Positions 18,685 to 28,406 of a DNA stretch of 64,000 nt are shown here, piece by piece (position 1 is the stretch's first letter; the number at the start of each line of letters is the position of its first letter). A program made the position numbers and the translations under genes. The stretch is taken from the sequence record AP018399.1. One strand, given 5' to 3'. Under the pieces are notes generated by a model. That model was not told the origin of the DNA. It did not search any database and saw nothing but the letters and a program-made list of their open reading frames with translations.

Positions 18685-19092
18685 ATGCTACTAGAAGACC
18701 TACGCCCACAAGTAAGACGCGACCAGTCCGCAGAACGCCTATACCATCGTGAAAAGGGCTTCCCGCAGGACGTGAACCTACCTCGCGGCTTCTCCCCGGT
18801 TGTTCGCCTACGCTACGGCGGACACGCTCGACAGGAAGCAATGGCTGACCGCTATGGCAATTTGAAGCTGCCTGATGCAATCGACGTGCGTAAGGGTGAT
18901 ATCTTTGAGATTGGTGTCACCGGGAACACCGTCACCAAGATGGCAGTTCGTATGCCATACAATGACAAAATCGACTTGGTTGTGGTCTTCATGCCCGCTG
19001 ATGGCTTCGTAAAGACCGTGTGGGCGAACACCAAGGGCGACACCCACAAGACCCTAGACCTATCGAAGTACGCTGACCCGAAGCGCCATTAA
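18685..19092 (+). CDS. hypothetical protein (lone plus-strand gene in early block)
   Basis: ORF after ATAAATA motif. Confidence 0.75.
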   Translation: MLLEDLRPQVRRDQSAERLYHREKGFPQDVNLPRGFSPVVRLRYGGHARQEAMADRYGNLKLPDAIDVRKGDIFEIGVTGNTVTKMAVRMPYNDKIDLVVVFMPADGFVKTVWANTKGDTHKTLDLSKYADPKRH

Positions 19093-19391
19093 ACCTCTTT
19101 GTTGGCGATTCGGGCCAACTGACCCGCATACTTGACCATCTTCTTGCGGATGAGCGCAATCTGACGCGGCGACAGGAAGCCGTTGGTGCGCTTGTACTGG
19201 TTGACCAAATCGGTCAGGATGTTGGCGTCAACGCCATTGAAACCGATACCATTCTGCTCTTTCGTGGTTTCGGTTGCCTTCTCTTCTTCCGTCTGGCGAG
19301 CATGGATTGCCAGCAGGCCACGGACCAGCCACTTGTCGTCCGATTCCAGCTTGGCCTTGACTTCTTCCTTCGTCCACTTCTTGTCGGTCAT
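19089..19391 (-). CDS. phage hypothetical protein
   Basis: LLAIHARQT..E...NGIGFNGVDA. Confidence 0.75.
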   Translation of the reverse strand: MTDKKWTKEEVKAKLESDDKWLVRGLLAIHARQTEEEKATETTKEQNGIGFNGVDANILTDLVNQYKRTNGFLSPRQIALIRKKMVKYAGQLARIANKEV

Positions 19392-19450
19392 GGCTTTGAC
19401 TCCCGGTGTGTGGGAGTCATTATACACTTATAATTTCGACCGTCAAGCCC

Positions 19451-19675
19451 TTATTGCTTGAATTTTCGCAATTCGGGCAGAAGTTTTTCCAGATATTCGG
19501 CCACGGCTTTGGCTTCGTAGTAGTCTTCACGATAGCTCGGGCCACAGTCATCATAGTGGCCGAACATGGATAGACTACTCTGGGCAGACTTGAGGTTTTG
19601 CCTCGCCTTGCCCAATTCGTCTTCCATCACGCGGATGACGCTACCGTTTCGCGCCCGCTGCTCCTTGTCGCTCAC
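19451..19675 (-). CDS. hypothetical protein
   Basis: GTG start overlapping upstream TGA. Confidence 0.55.
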   Translation of the reverse strand: MSDKEQRARNGSVIRVMEDELGKARQNLKSAQSSLSMFGHYDDCGPSYREDYYEAKAVAEYLEKLLPELRKFKQ

Positions 19676-19836
19676 AGTAGCGCCAGCCAGCCCAGCGACT
19701 TGACCGCGTGATAGGTCAGCAGGCTTCCGAGAATGAAGGGGATGGCCTTGAAGAACACGGCGCTCTTGAAGTTCGACGTGTGCATCAGACACAGGCTCAG
19801 CAGGTACAGACCCGCAATCAGGATGATGTAGGGCAT
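19672..19836 (-). CDS. small membrane protein (54 aa)
   Basis: MPYIILIAGLYLLSL... Confidence 0.55.
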   Translation of the reverse strand: MPYIILIAGLYLLSLCLMHTSNFKSAVFFKAIPFILGSLLTYHAVKSLGWLALL

Positions 19837-19868
19837 TACGTTGCTCCGTTGAATGAGCCGTCAATGTA

Positions 19869-20249
19869 CTAAATTATATTACGTCTGTCAACAGGTGGAC
19901 CGACTAATTTACACAAATAGTCGATAAGTCTTTGAGTGTAAAAGAATTCCGTCAAATCTATTGACGTGCCGCCCTTGATGTGCGACCATAGTTCAGCGAA
20001 TCGGTGTACTTCTTCACGGGTAGGAAGGTCGCTGTCCTTCTTCCGGTTGCATTTGGCACATGATAGAACCATGTTGCCGGTTAGCGTGTTACCCCATGAA
20101 CGGGGGAAGAAATGGTCACGGGTGTAACCGTGTGGATTCTTCTTGTCGTGGCCTACGGGGTCCAGCTTCTTGCTGCAATAGAAACATGCGTATTGTTGCA
20201 AGTTCAGCATAAGGGAATATGAGAACTGCGGTCGTGTATTGGGAGTCAT
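19869..20249 (-). CDS. HNH endonuclease
   Basis: CFYC...TRDHFFPRS.G...NMVLSCAKCNRKK. Confidence 0.85.
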   Translation of the reverse strand: MTPNTRPQFSYSLMLNLQQYACFYCSKKLDPVGHDKKNPHGYTRDHFFPRSWGNTLTGNMVLSCAKCNRKKDSDLPTREEVHRFAELWSHIKGGTSIDLTEFFYTQRLIDYLCKLVGPPVDRRNII

Positions 20250-20259
20250 CACCCAATAT

Positions 20260-20508
20260 TTATTTGACTTTTCCCAGCCCTTGCAATGCCAGCCACGACG
20301 TATAGAAATAGCCGTAAACGTCCGGAACAGCGAGGCTTCCCACGAAATACTGAACCAATGGAAGCTTGCCGTTGCTGTCCTTGTATAGCTCTTTACACCA
20401 CGTTGACCATTCCTGCATTACCTCGACAGGCAATTGCTCAGTCAGCGGCTTGAACTGAATGAATAGATGGTATGGGATTTGTACTGGAATAACAAGTACG
20501 GGCTGCAT
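20260..20508 (-). CDS. hypothetical protein
   Basis: ORF, own promoter. Confidence 0.6.
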   Translation of the reverse strand: MQPVLVIPVQIPYHLFIQFKPLTEQLPVEVMQEWSTWCKELYKDSNGKLPLVQYFVGSLAVPDVYGYFYTSWLALQGLGKVK

Positions 20509-20581
20509 CTTCGTTCCTTTGATGATGCCACTATATCCAATGGACAACCTCGTGTCAAGCGTGTATTGTGGCCGCTCAGTT

Positions 20582-20626
20582 CCCCGGCCTCCCAGCCATT
20601 TTACACTATAATTTAGAAGCTGTCAA
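20582..20626 (-). repeat. orphan promoter module copy 9
   Basis: minus strand TTGACA-17-TAAAATGGCTGGGAGGCCGGGG at the strand switch. Confidence 0.8.
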
Positions 20627-20683
20627 CACTTGCAATTAAATTAATTCGTGATATGATGGCGTTATCTTCACTGGTCAAAACGT

Positions 20684-21133
20684 ATGGCTATCACCATCGT
20701 TTCATATCAGCGGTTCGCCGACATGCCACGCGCATTGCATAGTGCGTGCTGTATCATGGGCGACCATAGCGGGCACATGCGCAGGCTCGCGGAGAACCTG
20801 TATCTACGGAACGGGGAGCCACACTTCACCCTGCGGGAAGCGCTGGTGATGTACGACGGTGGCGAGGTAGTCGGCTGGGCTGCACTGTACGATGAATGGG
20901 GACTAGACCACCCGTGTGCCAGCGTGTGGATATGGCCTCACATGAGGGGACAGGGCTACGGCTCTCGACTCATGAAGGACATGCACGAACGTTGGCACAA
21001 AGCCAAGCCGGAAGTATTCAATTCAGTTGTGAAGGTATGGCGTGAACTGGATGAGGGCAGGGCCACCCCTACTCAAATAAGTCCTAACGCAAGCGTTACT
21101 ATGGTACCCCTATATACAGGGTATGCTAGTTAA
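20684..21133 (+). CDS. GNAT-like acetyltransferase
   Basis: VVGWA...WIWPHMRGQGYGSRLM acetyl-CoA motif. Confidence 0.6.
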   Translation: MAITIVSYQRFADMPRALHSACCIMGDHSGHMRRLAENLYLRNGEPHFTLREALVMYDGGEVVGWAALYDEWGLDHPCASVWIWPHMRGQGYGSRLMKDMHERWHKAKPEVFNSVVKVWRELDEGRATPTQISPNASVTMVPLYTGYAS

Positions 21134-21374
21134 AGTCGCCATCATCCCACCCAACAAAGATTACATTGTACTGCGTCAACAGGACGGACAAGAAGGTCGG
21201 TTCCCTCGTCAGTTCGCAAGGCATGTTTCAACTAACGATATCTGTTTGATGACAGAGTATCGCGGTCGTCCTCAACTCAAATTGTTGACAGATGACGATG
21301 AAGTCGTTATAATGAATACCACGCAACGGTTCGGGCCACCGCCTAAACCACCTGAACCGATTCCAACTCCTTGA
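21123..21374 (+). CDS. hypothetical protein
   Basis: ORF track. Confidence 0.6.
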   Translation: MLVKVAIIPPNKDYIVLRQQDGQEGRFPRQFARHVSTNDICLMTEYRGRPQLKLLTDDDEVVIMNTTQRFGPPPKPPEPIPTP

Positions 21375-21381
21375 GGGATAT

Positions 21382-21903
21382 ATGAAAAAGCTTCTCCTGT
21401 TCACCTTGCTGACCCTGTTCAGCTTCGCAGCCTCGGCTCAGTCCTATTCAGGCCGTGGCGTCACCACGTCTACCTACCCCGTCTTCGACCGCGTGTACGA
21501 GCCTGCAACGCAGGTATGCCGCGAGGTCGTGGTGGACTCGGGCTACAACGCTGGTGGCGCTGCTGTCGGTGCTGTGGTCGGCTACGTGCTGGGCCGTGAA
21601 ATCGACCGCGACTCCCGCAGCTACTACGGTGGCTATTACGGTGGGCGTGGCTACGGCCATCGTGGCGGCTACTACAATGACCGCCGTGGGTATTACGGTG
21701 GCGTGTACGAAAGCCGTGTGGGCCGCTACGGCGGTGCTGTGGCCGGTGCTGTCATCGGTGGCAATGCTGGCCGCTCGGCTGGTGTGACGACGGTGTGTGA
21801 GGAACAGCGCAACGGCTATGCCCGTGAAGTGCTGGTCGGCTACCGCATCGTGACCCGCTATCCGGATGGCACCACCCGCGAACGCTTCGAACCGACCCGT
21901 TGA
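21382..21903 (+). CDS. secreted glycine-zipper protein
   Basis: signal peptide; GAAVGAVVG and GAVAGAVIGG zippers, YGG-rich insert. Confidence 0.75.
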   Translation: MKKLLLFTLLTLFSFAASAQSYSGRGVTTSTYPVFDRVYEPATQVCREVVVDSGYNAGGAAVGAVVGYVLGREIDRDSRSYYGGYYGGRGYGHRGGYYNDRRGYYGGVYESRVGRYGGAVAGAVIGGNAGRSAGVTTVCEEQRNGYAREVLVGYRIVTRYPDGTTRERFEPTR

Positions 21904-21951
21904 CAGATTAAAGTTCAATAGCTATACTAATCTCTCAACACTAGGAATCCC

Positions 21952-22200
21952 ATGAAGCGTATCCTCCTGCTCGCCGTTCTGGCCCTGTCCCTCACTGGCT
22001 GCTACAACGGCAACGATGCCCGCAAGGCGCTGGAAGCCCAAGGCTTTACCGATATCGAAATCACCGGCCATTCGTGGTTCGCGTGCAGCGAAGACGACAC
22101 GTATTCTACGGGATTCGTCGCTACCAATCCGCAGGGCAAGCGAGTCAAGGGCACTGTCTGCTCTGGCTTCCTGTTCAAGAACGCTACCATTCGCTGGTAA
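21952..22200 (+). CDS. small lipoprotein
   Basis: lipobox LTGC; conserved cysteines. Confidence 0.75.
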   Translation: MKRILLLAVLALSLTGCYNGNDARKALEAQGFTDIEITGHSWFACSEDDTYSTGFVATNPQGKRVKGTVCSGFLFKNATIRW

Positions 22201-22436
22201 TGGCCTGCGACTGCGAGACGTGCAAGTATTTGGCCGAGTTTCAGACTCGGCTTAATGCTATTCCGGAAGAACACCGGGCATTCTTCGATGACCTGATGCA
22301 GCGTTATGAAGGCGCTTGCACTGACCGGGATGTGAATGCGTCCATTCTAGACGGGTCATGGCCGTCCGCAAAAGGCTACATTGAACATGCCGCACAAACT
22401 TTAGGGTTCAAGTTGGTCCCTATTGACAAGGCGTGA
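22200..22436 (+). CDS. hypothetical protein
   Basis: coupled start. Confidence 0.6.
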   Translation: MACDCETCKYLAEFQTRLNAIPEEHRAFFDDLMQRYEGACTDRDVNASILDGSWPSAKGYIEHAAQTLGFKLVPIDKA

Positions 22437-22475
22437 AGATGTGTTAACATATTGGTCTAAACATTTAGGCCCAAT

Positions 22476-22829
22476 ATGACACCGCAAGAAGCCGCACAAG
22501 AAGAAGTCCCGAGCAATGTGATTTACATGGCCGAATTCCTCATGAGACGCAGGAATCAGGCTGTCACCGAAGCCAATGCCATGTTCGCAAAGGCTCAAAA
22601 GCTCTCCAAGAACCCCGACCCACGTCAAGACCCGTTCGCTGGCGTCCTGATGAAGAAGGTTGATGCACTCGCCGAAAAGGCGGAAGCCCTTGAGAAACAT
22701 ATCAAGTTCATCGTTCGCGGTGGACGTGGGTCCATGATTCCGTCTCCGGGTTACAGCACGGCATACGGCCAGCCTTCGCCGCCCCCTCCGGTGAACATTA
22801 GCGTGACATTTCCCGCCCCTATCAAGTAA
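22476..22829 (+). CDS. hypothetical protein
   Basis: ORF; 13-bp IR terminator at 22840-22873. Confidence 0.65.
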   Translation: MTPQEAAQEEVPSNVIYMAEFLMRRRNQAVTEANAMFAKAQKLSKNPDPRQDPFAGVLMKKVDALAEKAEALEKHIKFIVRGGRGSMIPSPGYSTAYGQPSPPPPVNISVTFPAPIK

Positions 22830-22946
22830 AAAACTTACTCATTCAGCCAGAAATTTGACGTTTCTGGCTGAATTTGTTATTGACAAGCTTTAAAGAACTG
22901 GTATATACTTTGTCTGTAGTACCACAAAACCACTGAGGACACTCCG

Positions 22947-23312
22947 ATGAATGAAACTGATTTGGTCAATGCTGACCTGCACGACGAAGCCGATGGAATT
23001 GGCGAAAGTGCGGCAGTAGTGGCCGCTGCTCCGGTGGCTCCCGCTGCCGATGAAGTACAGACCCCGGCCGCTGCTGTCGTGACCGATGCCGTTACCAAGG
23101 CTCGCTCTGGCGCTGGTCGCAAGGTTGACACCACTGGCACCACGGCTCTGGGAACCGCTCGCATCCTGTATGCAGCGAATCCGGGCTTGGGCACCAAGGA
23201 ACTCCGCGCTCTGTTCGTGGAAAAGCTCGGCCCGAAGTTCGGCACCACCGAATCGGTTGCCCAGACCTACGTCAGTCTGGTGCGCAAGCCGAAGGCGAAG
23301 AAGGCCGCGTAA
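22947..23312 (+). CDS. hypothetical protein (Ala-rich N-terminus, basic C-terminus)
   Basis: ORF with GAGG RBS and promoter. Confidence 0.75.
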   Translation: MNETDLVNADLHDEADGIGESAAVVAAAPVAPAADEVQTPAAAVVTDAVTKARSGAGRKVDTTGTTALGTARILYAANPGLGTKELRALFVEKLGPKFGTTESVAQTYVSLVRKPKAKKAA

Positions 23313-23439
23313 GCAATACAGCTTAAAGCAAATAAGATTGCGTGTCAATGACAAATTGGCACGCAATCTTTAAAAATTGTTGTTGACAATCCGTGATGAT
23401 GTCTTATAATTAACGCATCGAATCACTAGGGAGTCACCA

Positions 23440-24192
23440 ATGAACAAGTCGCCGAAGCTTCTCTCTGTCGCCGCCGATGCAAAGACGGTGAAGGGTCAGA
23501 AGATGGGGTACCTCACTGGCGTTCTGTACCTCGCTCCCCATACCATTTCCGGCTATCAGGTGTGCCCGAAGGCGTCGGAAGGTTGCCGTCTGGCCTGCCT
23601 GTATACCGCTGGCCGTGGCATCTATACCAATACGCAAAATGCCCGCATCGCCAAAACCAAGCGCTTCCATGAGGACCGCGACGGTTTCATGGCGCAGCTT
23701 GTCGATGAAGTGGAAGCGCTGATTCGCAAGGCAAAGCGTGAAAGCCTGATTCCCGTGGTCCGTCTCAATGGCACGTCTGATTTGCCGTGGGAGAAAATCA
23801 AGTGCAATCGTAACGGCGTCGCCTATGCGTCCATCATGGAAGCGTTCGCGGACGTGCAATTCTACGATTACACTAAGGTTCTGGGGCGTTCTAAGGCGCT
23901 TTCTCTGCCTAACTACTCGCTCACTTTCTCTCTGGCGGAAGACAATGACGCTGCTGCAATGAAGGCATTGCAGGAGGGTTTCAACGTCGCCGTTGTGATG
24001 AAGGTAGGCCGCAAAGAAGACAAGCCCGCGAATTGGGGCGGCTTTCCGGTAGTCAATGGCGATGAAACCGACTTGCGCTTTCTGGACCCGCAGGGCGGTC
24101 ACATTGTCGGCCTGTTCCCCAAGGGCAAGGCCGGTAAGGATACGCTGGGATTCGTCCGGGCAAAGGATAGCGGCTTCGCAAGAGCCGCTTGA
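23440..24192 (+). CDS. GP88-like phage protein
   Basis: CP.AS.GC..ACL..AGRG, VRLNGTSD, FYDYTK, GDETDLRFLD motifs. Confidence 0.75.
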   Translation: MNKSPKLLSVAADAKTVKGQKMGYLTGVLYLAPHTISGYQVCPKASEGCRLACLYTAGRGIYTNTQNARIAKTKRFHEDRDGFMAQLVDEVEALIRKAKRESLIPVVRLNGTSDLPWEKIKCNRNGVAYASIMEAFADVQFYDYTKVLGRSKALSLPNYSLTFSLAEDNDAAAMKALQEGFNVAVVMKVGRKEDKPANWGGFPVVNGDETDLRFLDPQGGHIVGLFPKGKAGKDTLGFVRAKDSGFARAA

Positions 24193-24240
24193 TAATTACA
24201 AGTAGATAAGCTAAAGTCATCCTAGTAGATACATACTAGG

Positions 24241-24747
24241 ATGACCAGCAAGAATGTAAGCCGCCATACGATTGACGTAAAGACTTTCCGGGACAGACGC
24301 AAAAGCGACGTTCCGACTTTGCTCAATGCGGTTGAATTTTTTCTTGACGAATTACTAAAACGCTGTACAATAGCGTACAAGTTAAACATTAAAGTCACGC
24401 TCAAGAACGGACCCGTTAAGGGTGACGACAAGAGCCTGAATGATGGACTAGCTTGGGAACACGAATCCGGGACAGGGGTCAAGTGGTTTCATATCCACTT
24501 GAATGATAACGTTCCGTTCCTAGAACTGCTCTCCACTTTGGCTCATGAGACAGTCCATGTCGTGCAATTTGCGACTGGCAGACTTCGAATCGAAGATGAG
24601 GATTGGATTTGGGAAGGCAAGAACTACGGACCAAAGCCCTATATTGGGAAAGAAGTTGACAATCAACTTCCGTGGGAGTATGATGCGTACTCCAAGGAAC
24701 CTGAACTCGCTCGGAAATTCGTTAAACAATACTATTCCATCTGGTAA
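24241..24747 (+). CDS. putative zinc metallopeptidase
   Basis: LAHETVHVVQ HExxH and PWEYDA. Confidence 0.65.
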   Translation: MTSKNVSRHTIDVKTFRDRRKSDVPTLLNAVEFFLDELLKRCTIAYKLNIKVTLKNGPVKGDDKSLNDGLAWEHESGTGVKWFHIHLNDNVPFLELLSTLAHETVHVVQFATGRLRIEDEDWIWEGKNYGPKPYIGKEVDNQLPWEYDAYSKEPELARKFVKQYYSIW

Positions 24748-24756
24748 ACCCATCAA

Positions 24757-24936
24757 ATGAGCAACATTGCAAACCTTTCTCGTCAGATTGCCAAGCTCAG
24801 CGCCCAGCTTACGGACGCCAAGGCAAAGGGTGATATCGACCTCGCTGAACAGCTTGAGGACGAACTGAACGACCTTGAAGACCAGTTGGAAGACGAGGAA
24901 GAGGCCAACCGCGATGGCGGCTTTGGCTGGTCCTAA
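24757..24936 (+). CDS. small acidic coiled-coil protein (59 aa)
   Basis: MSNIANLSRQ…EDQLEDEEEANRDGGFGWS. Confidence 0.6.
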   Translation: MSNIANLSRQIAKLSAQLTDAKAKGDIDLAEQLEDELNDLEDQLEDEEEANRDGGFGWS

Positions 24937-24993
24937 TAAGTCCTAACGCTCGCGTTAACCCCTCCATTTCTCCTTTACAAACAAGGATTTACA

Positions 24994-25431
24994 ATGTGTC
25001 TTGATATTGACGTGCGGTATCACCCGAACTACGGCAAGAAGGGTTCGGCGTTCATCGCCCAGCAGCCCATCCTCGTCTACAAGCGCCTGAACTGCGCTGA
25101 CAAGACCGGTGGCAAGGCTCCCTATCAGGGAACCCGCTGGGACTTCGGTGTCGAGCAGCGTGTCCCCCGGTTCGGCTATTGGGGTCAGAACCGCCGCGAA
25201 ATCGACGTGGGCCTCCATGCGTTCTTCACCAAGGACGCCAACCGTTGCTACGGTGACGTGTTCCCGGCTGTGATTCCGGCCGGTGCCCGCTTCTTCCTCG
25301 GCACGAATGGTGAAGTGGTTTCCACGGCTCTGACCGTGTACCGTACCCAGAAGGAAATGCTGGCCGCATTCGGTGCAAAGGCTGTCGGTCCGGCCATCAA
25401 GCGCCATACCCTGACCAAGCGGGCACGCTAA
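24994..25431 (+). CDS. hypothetical protein
   Basis: ORF with GLHAFF. Confidence 0.75.
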   Translation: MCLDIDVRYHPNYGKKGSAFIAQQPILVYKRLNCADKTGGKAPYQGTRWDFGVEQRVPRFGYWGQNRREIDVGLHAFFTKDANRCYGDVFPAVIPAGARFFLGTNGEVVSTALTVYRTQKEMLAAFGAKAVGPAIKRHTLTKRAR

Positions 25432-26012
25432 TGTTCGGTCCGGCCGTCTCCCCAACTCCGCTGCGCACCTTCAACACCGATGACGCTCTGGCCTTCGTGG
25501 AAGGCCGGGGTGTGGATGCCGCTGGTCGCACCATCGAAGACTATTTCAAGTTCGATGCGGACAAGTGGGAAGAGTGCCACAACCATGTGCAGTGGGCGTT
25601 CCCCAGCCACATCATGTCGCGCTTCAATCTGGAAGCGCCCGTGGTGGACATGGAAGACTTCGCCAACCGGCTGACCGCACAGGGCCACATCAATATCAAG
25701 CGATTGATGGGCAACTACCTGACCTCGCTTGGCTGGTTCGAAGACAAGGGCGGCTGGCACGCTGACCTCAAGCACGAGCGTGCGGGACTGTGGCTGTCGC
25801 CGTACAACCACAACTATCAGCGCATTTCGCGACTGCTGAACCTGCTGTCGTGGATTGATTCCAATCTGGCAATCGAACTGCTGAACGAATTCCTGACCGT
25901 CGCACAGGAAGCTTCGAAGTGGGTGATGGAAGACCATTTCAAGCGTCCTATGGCTGTCATCAATGCCGAGACTGTGGTATACTGGTCTAAAGCCGCCATC
26001 GGAAAACTTTAA
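25431..26012 (+). CDS. OGFr (opioid growth factor receptor)-like domain protein
   Basis: WEECHNHVQWAFP, SRFN, NHNYQRISRLL motifs. Confidence 0.75.
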   Translation: MFGPAVSPTPLRTFNTDDALAFVEGRGVDAAGRTIEDYFKFDADKWEECHNHVQWAFPSHIMSRFNLEAPVVDMEDFANRLTAQGHINIKRLMGNYLTSLGWFEDKGGWHADLKHERAGLWLSPYNHNYQRISRLLNLLSWIDSNLAIELLNEFLTVAQEASKWVMEDHFKRPMAVINAETVVYWSKAAIGKL

Positions 26013-26013
26013 A

Positions 26014-26313
26014 ATGTTGCAGAAGACTATCTCCGCTCTGTTCTCTGGCATGGAAACCCAACCGGTTGCCTTCAAGCCGTCCGAAGTGAATGATGCCTAC
26101 CGCAAGGTGGACCGCATTCTGGACACGGCATTCCTGCCGGAGCATGTGGACACTGCCGAACGCATGTTCACCAACCTGCTGAACCGCTTTGCGTTCAGTG
26201 CGGAACATCGCACGTCTCCGCTGGTGGTCGGAATGCAGGACCGTATCAATACCCGACGTGCGGAAGTCATCGCACAGTGGGAAGCAATGAATGGAACACG
26301 GGTGGCGGCATAA
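26014..26313 (+). CDS. hypothetical protein
   Basis: ORF. Confidence 0.65.
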   Translation: MLQKTISALFSGMETQPVAFKPSEVNDAYRKVDRILDTAFLPEHVDTAERMFTNLLNRFAFSAEHRTSPLVVGMQDRINTRRAEVIAQWEAMNGTRVAA

Positions 26314-26347
26314 GCCACCCAGCTTTACGTTGTACTAGGAAAATTAC

Positions 26348-26752
26348 TTGAATACCGAAATCAGTCTGGCCGACCGCAAGACGGCCCTAAATGAAAAGCT
26401 TGCGGGATTGCAGAACATCGCCATTGATGAGTCTGCCAACTTCAAGTTCATGAATCTGTTGCGCTCGCGGTTGACGGAAGAAGGTATCCCGTTGGAAGCT
26501 GCAACCCAAATCGTCGCCAATATCGACTATGATATGTCGGCCGTCAATGAAGACGACGACTACATCGGTGACGTGGCTCTGGCCTATGCGGAGTTTGCAG
26601 CGCGCGTATACGACAAGCTCAAGGCTGGCAACTGGCATCGTAACATGACGGACTCTGTTGTCCGCAAGTATTTCGCTCATTTCAAGATTACTCTTGATGT
26701 TCCGGAACGAAATCGTCAGTTGGCTCTTGACTTTAACGGTCAAGGTGCTTAA
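26348..26752 (+). CDS. hypothetical protein
   Basis: TTG start after AGGA. Confidence 0.65.
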   Translation: MNTEISLADRKTALNEKLAGLQNIAIDESANFKFMNLLRSRLTEEGIPLEAATQIVANIDYDMSAVNEDDDYIGDVALAYAEFAARVYDKLKAGNWHRNMTDSVVRKYFAHFKITLDVPERNRQLALDFNGQGA

Positions 26753-26761
26753 ACTATAAGC

Positions 26762-27400
26762 ATGAACCTCATTCCTGCCACTGTCACCGTTCCGGACTTC
26801 ATCCTCAACAACGACCTGTTCCTGCGTGCGGCGAACTTCGCCCACAAGCACCATGATGCGGTCGGACAGAAGCGGGAAGGCTCTGGCGAACCCTACATCG
26901 TCCATCCGCTGGAAGTGGCCGGTCTGGCTCACGCGATGGGCCATGAGTTCGACTATCCGAGCGAATGGATTGAAGTGGCTGTCGTCGCGGCGCTGCTGCA
27001 CGACACCATCGAAGACACCAAATGCACCTACAACGAAATCGAAGCTGAGTTCGGGGCTGTCGTTCGCGACACCGTGTTCTGGCTGACGGACGTGGTGGAG
27101 AAGGCCAAGGGCAATCGCCGGGTGCGCAAGGAACTGGAACGTGTGCGTCTCATGGCTGCACCGGGCCGGGTCAAGTTCATCAAGTGCTGCGATATCATCG
27201 CCAATGCCCGCTGCATCCTCAAGGACAAGCCGGGTTCGGCTCAGTTGTTCCTCACCGAGAAGATGAGCGTGCTGGATACGTTCGTCCACTACAACCGGAT
27301 GCACAAGGGCACCGATAACATCGGCAAGTTGGATAAACAAATGCTTGCCAAGTGCCGTGCGGTTCTGGTAGAATTCATGGACACTATCAGCAAGCCCTAA
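26762..27400 (+). CDS. HD-domain RelA/SpoT-like small alarmone hydrolase
   Basis: H.GQKR..SGEPYIVHPLEVA, AALLHDTIEDT, IKCCD. Confidence 0.8.
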   Translation: MNLIPATVTVPDFILNNDLFLRAANFAHKHHDAVGQKREGSGEPYIVHPLEVAGLAHAMGHEFDYPSEWIEVAVVAALLHDTIEDTKCTYNEIEAEFGAVVRDTVFWLTDVVEKAKGNRRVRKELERVRLMAAPGRVKFIKCCDIIANARCILKDKPGSAQLFLTEKMSVLDTFVHYNRMHKGTDNIGKLDKQMLAKCRAVLVEFMDTISKP

Positions 27401-27405
27401 AGGCC

Positions 27406-28059
27406 ATGACCAACATTCCGCTGTCTCAGGAACTTCTCGACTCGCAGACCGCATTGGATGCACTGCGGGCCGAGTACCGAATCATCCATGACAAGCTGAT
27501 TCCGGCTGCTACGGCTCATCGGGAACTGTTTGCCAAGTTCGCTCTGGAAGCCTTCGAAGCTGCCGAGGACAAGCTGGCACACATCCTGTCGCCGCAGTTC
27601 TATGACGTGAGCGTGGACCATCTACGGGCTACCGATGCGTTCCTGTGGGACCGCTACGGGGCACGTACCAGCGGTCACAACTCGCTGACCTATCAGCGTC
27701 TTCCGCAGTTGACGTTCTACAAGAACAGCGACGGGGCACACAACGCGAAGATGGTGCGTCTGATTGAAGATGCACTGCCGCACATGCTGCCGTTCACTGC
27801 GGACATGAAGGACCACTACGGCCGGGAAATCGACTCGCAGTTGCACGGCTTCTGCCTGTTCGGGACTCTGGAAAGTGGCCTGTCGGAACATGCCCGCATC
27901 AGTCTGTACGTTTCGCACGAGAAGAAGGTTCTGGTGTCGGCCACTCGCTATTCGCGTACTACGTACACGAAGGTGATGGAATTCGATGAAGGTATTGACT
28001 ACTTCATTGAAAACCACTACTATGAGGACTTGTCGCAGCACGAACGCGACGATGACTAA
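27406..28059 (+). CDS. hypothetical protein
   Basis: ORF 217 aa. Confidence 0.75.
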   Translation: MTNIPLSQELLDSQTALDALRAEYRIIHDKLIPAATAHRELFAKFALEAFEAAEDKLAHILSPQFYDVSVDHLRATDAFLWDRYGARTSGHNSLTYQRLPQLTFYKNSDGAHNAKMVRLIEDALPHMLPFTADMKDHYGREIDSQLHGFCLFGTLESGLSEHARISLYVSHEKKVLVSATRYSRTTYTKVMEFDEGIDYFIENHYYEDLSQHERDDD

Positions 28060-28072
28060 ATAAAGACCTAAT

Positions 28073-28162
28073 GGAAGCGTGGCCGAGTGGTTTAAGGCAA
28101 CGGTCTTGAAAACCGTCGGCCCCGGAAGGGGTCCGTGAGTTCGAATCTCACCGCTTCCGCCA
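28073..28162 (+). tRNA. tRNA-Ser(TGA)
   Basis: full cloverleaf, long V arm, G73-CCA. Confidence 0.95.
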
Positions 28163-28169
28163 AATTCAA

Positions 28170-28394
28170 ATGAGCAAACGACTACAAAAGAAGATTGCCA
28201 AGAAGGGTACCGAGAATATCAAGCATCTTGGTAAGCGGTACAAAGAAATGCGTGCAATGTTCTTCGCAATGGAAGAACACCGCAATGAACTGGTTGGGAA
28301 AGAATGGGTAGCCCTCAAGCGAGCCATGAAGGCCGAGAAACAAGTAGAGAAATTGAAGAAACAACTACTTGACAACGGCATCCAACCAGAGTAA
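28170..28394 (+). CDS. basic hypothetical protein
   Basis: ORF track. Confidence 0.65.
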   Translation: MSKRLQKKIAKKGTENIKHLGKRYKEMRAMFFAMEEHRNELVGKEWVALKRAMKAEKQVEKLKKQLLDNGIQPE

Positions 28395-28406
28395 TATACA
28401 CAAATC

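Noticed and set aside
1370-20626. CRISPR array or integron attC interpretation of the repeated module
   Set aside because: Copies are kilobases apart, in both orientations, with no constant spacers, no cas or integrase gene and no attC R-box pattern
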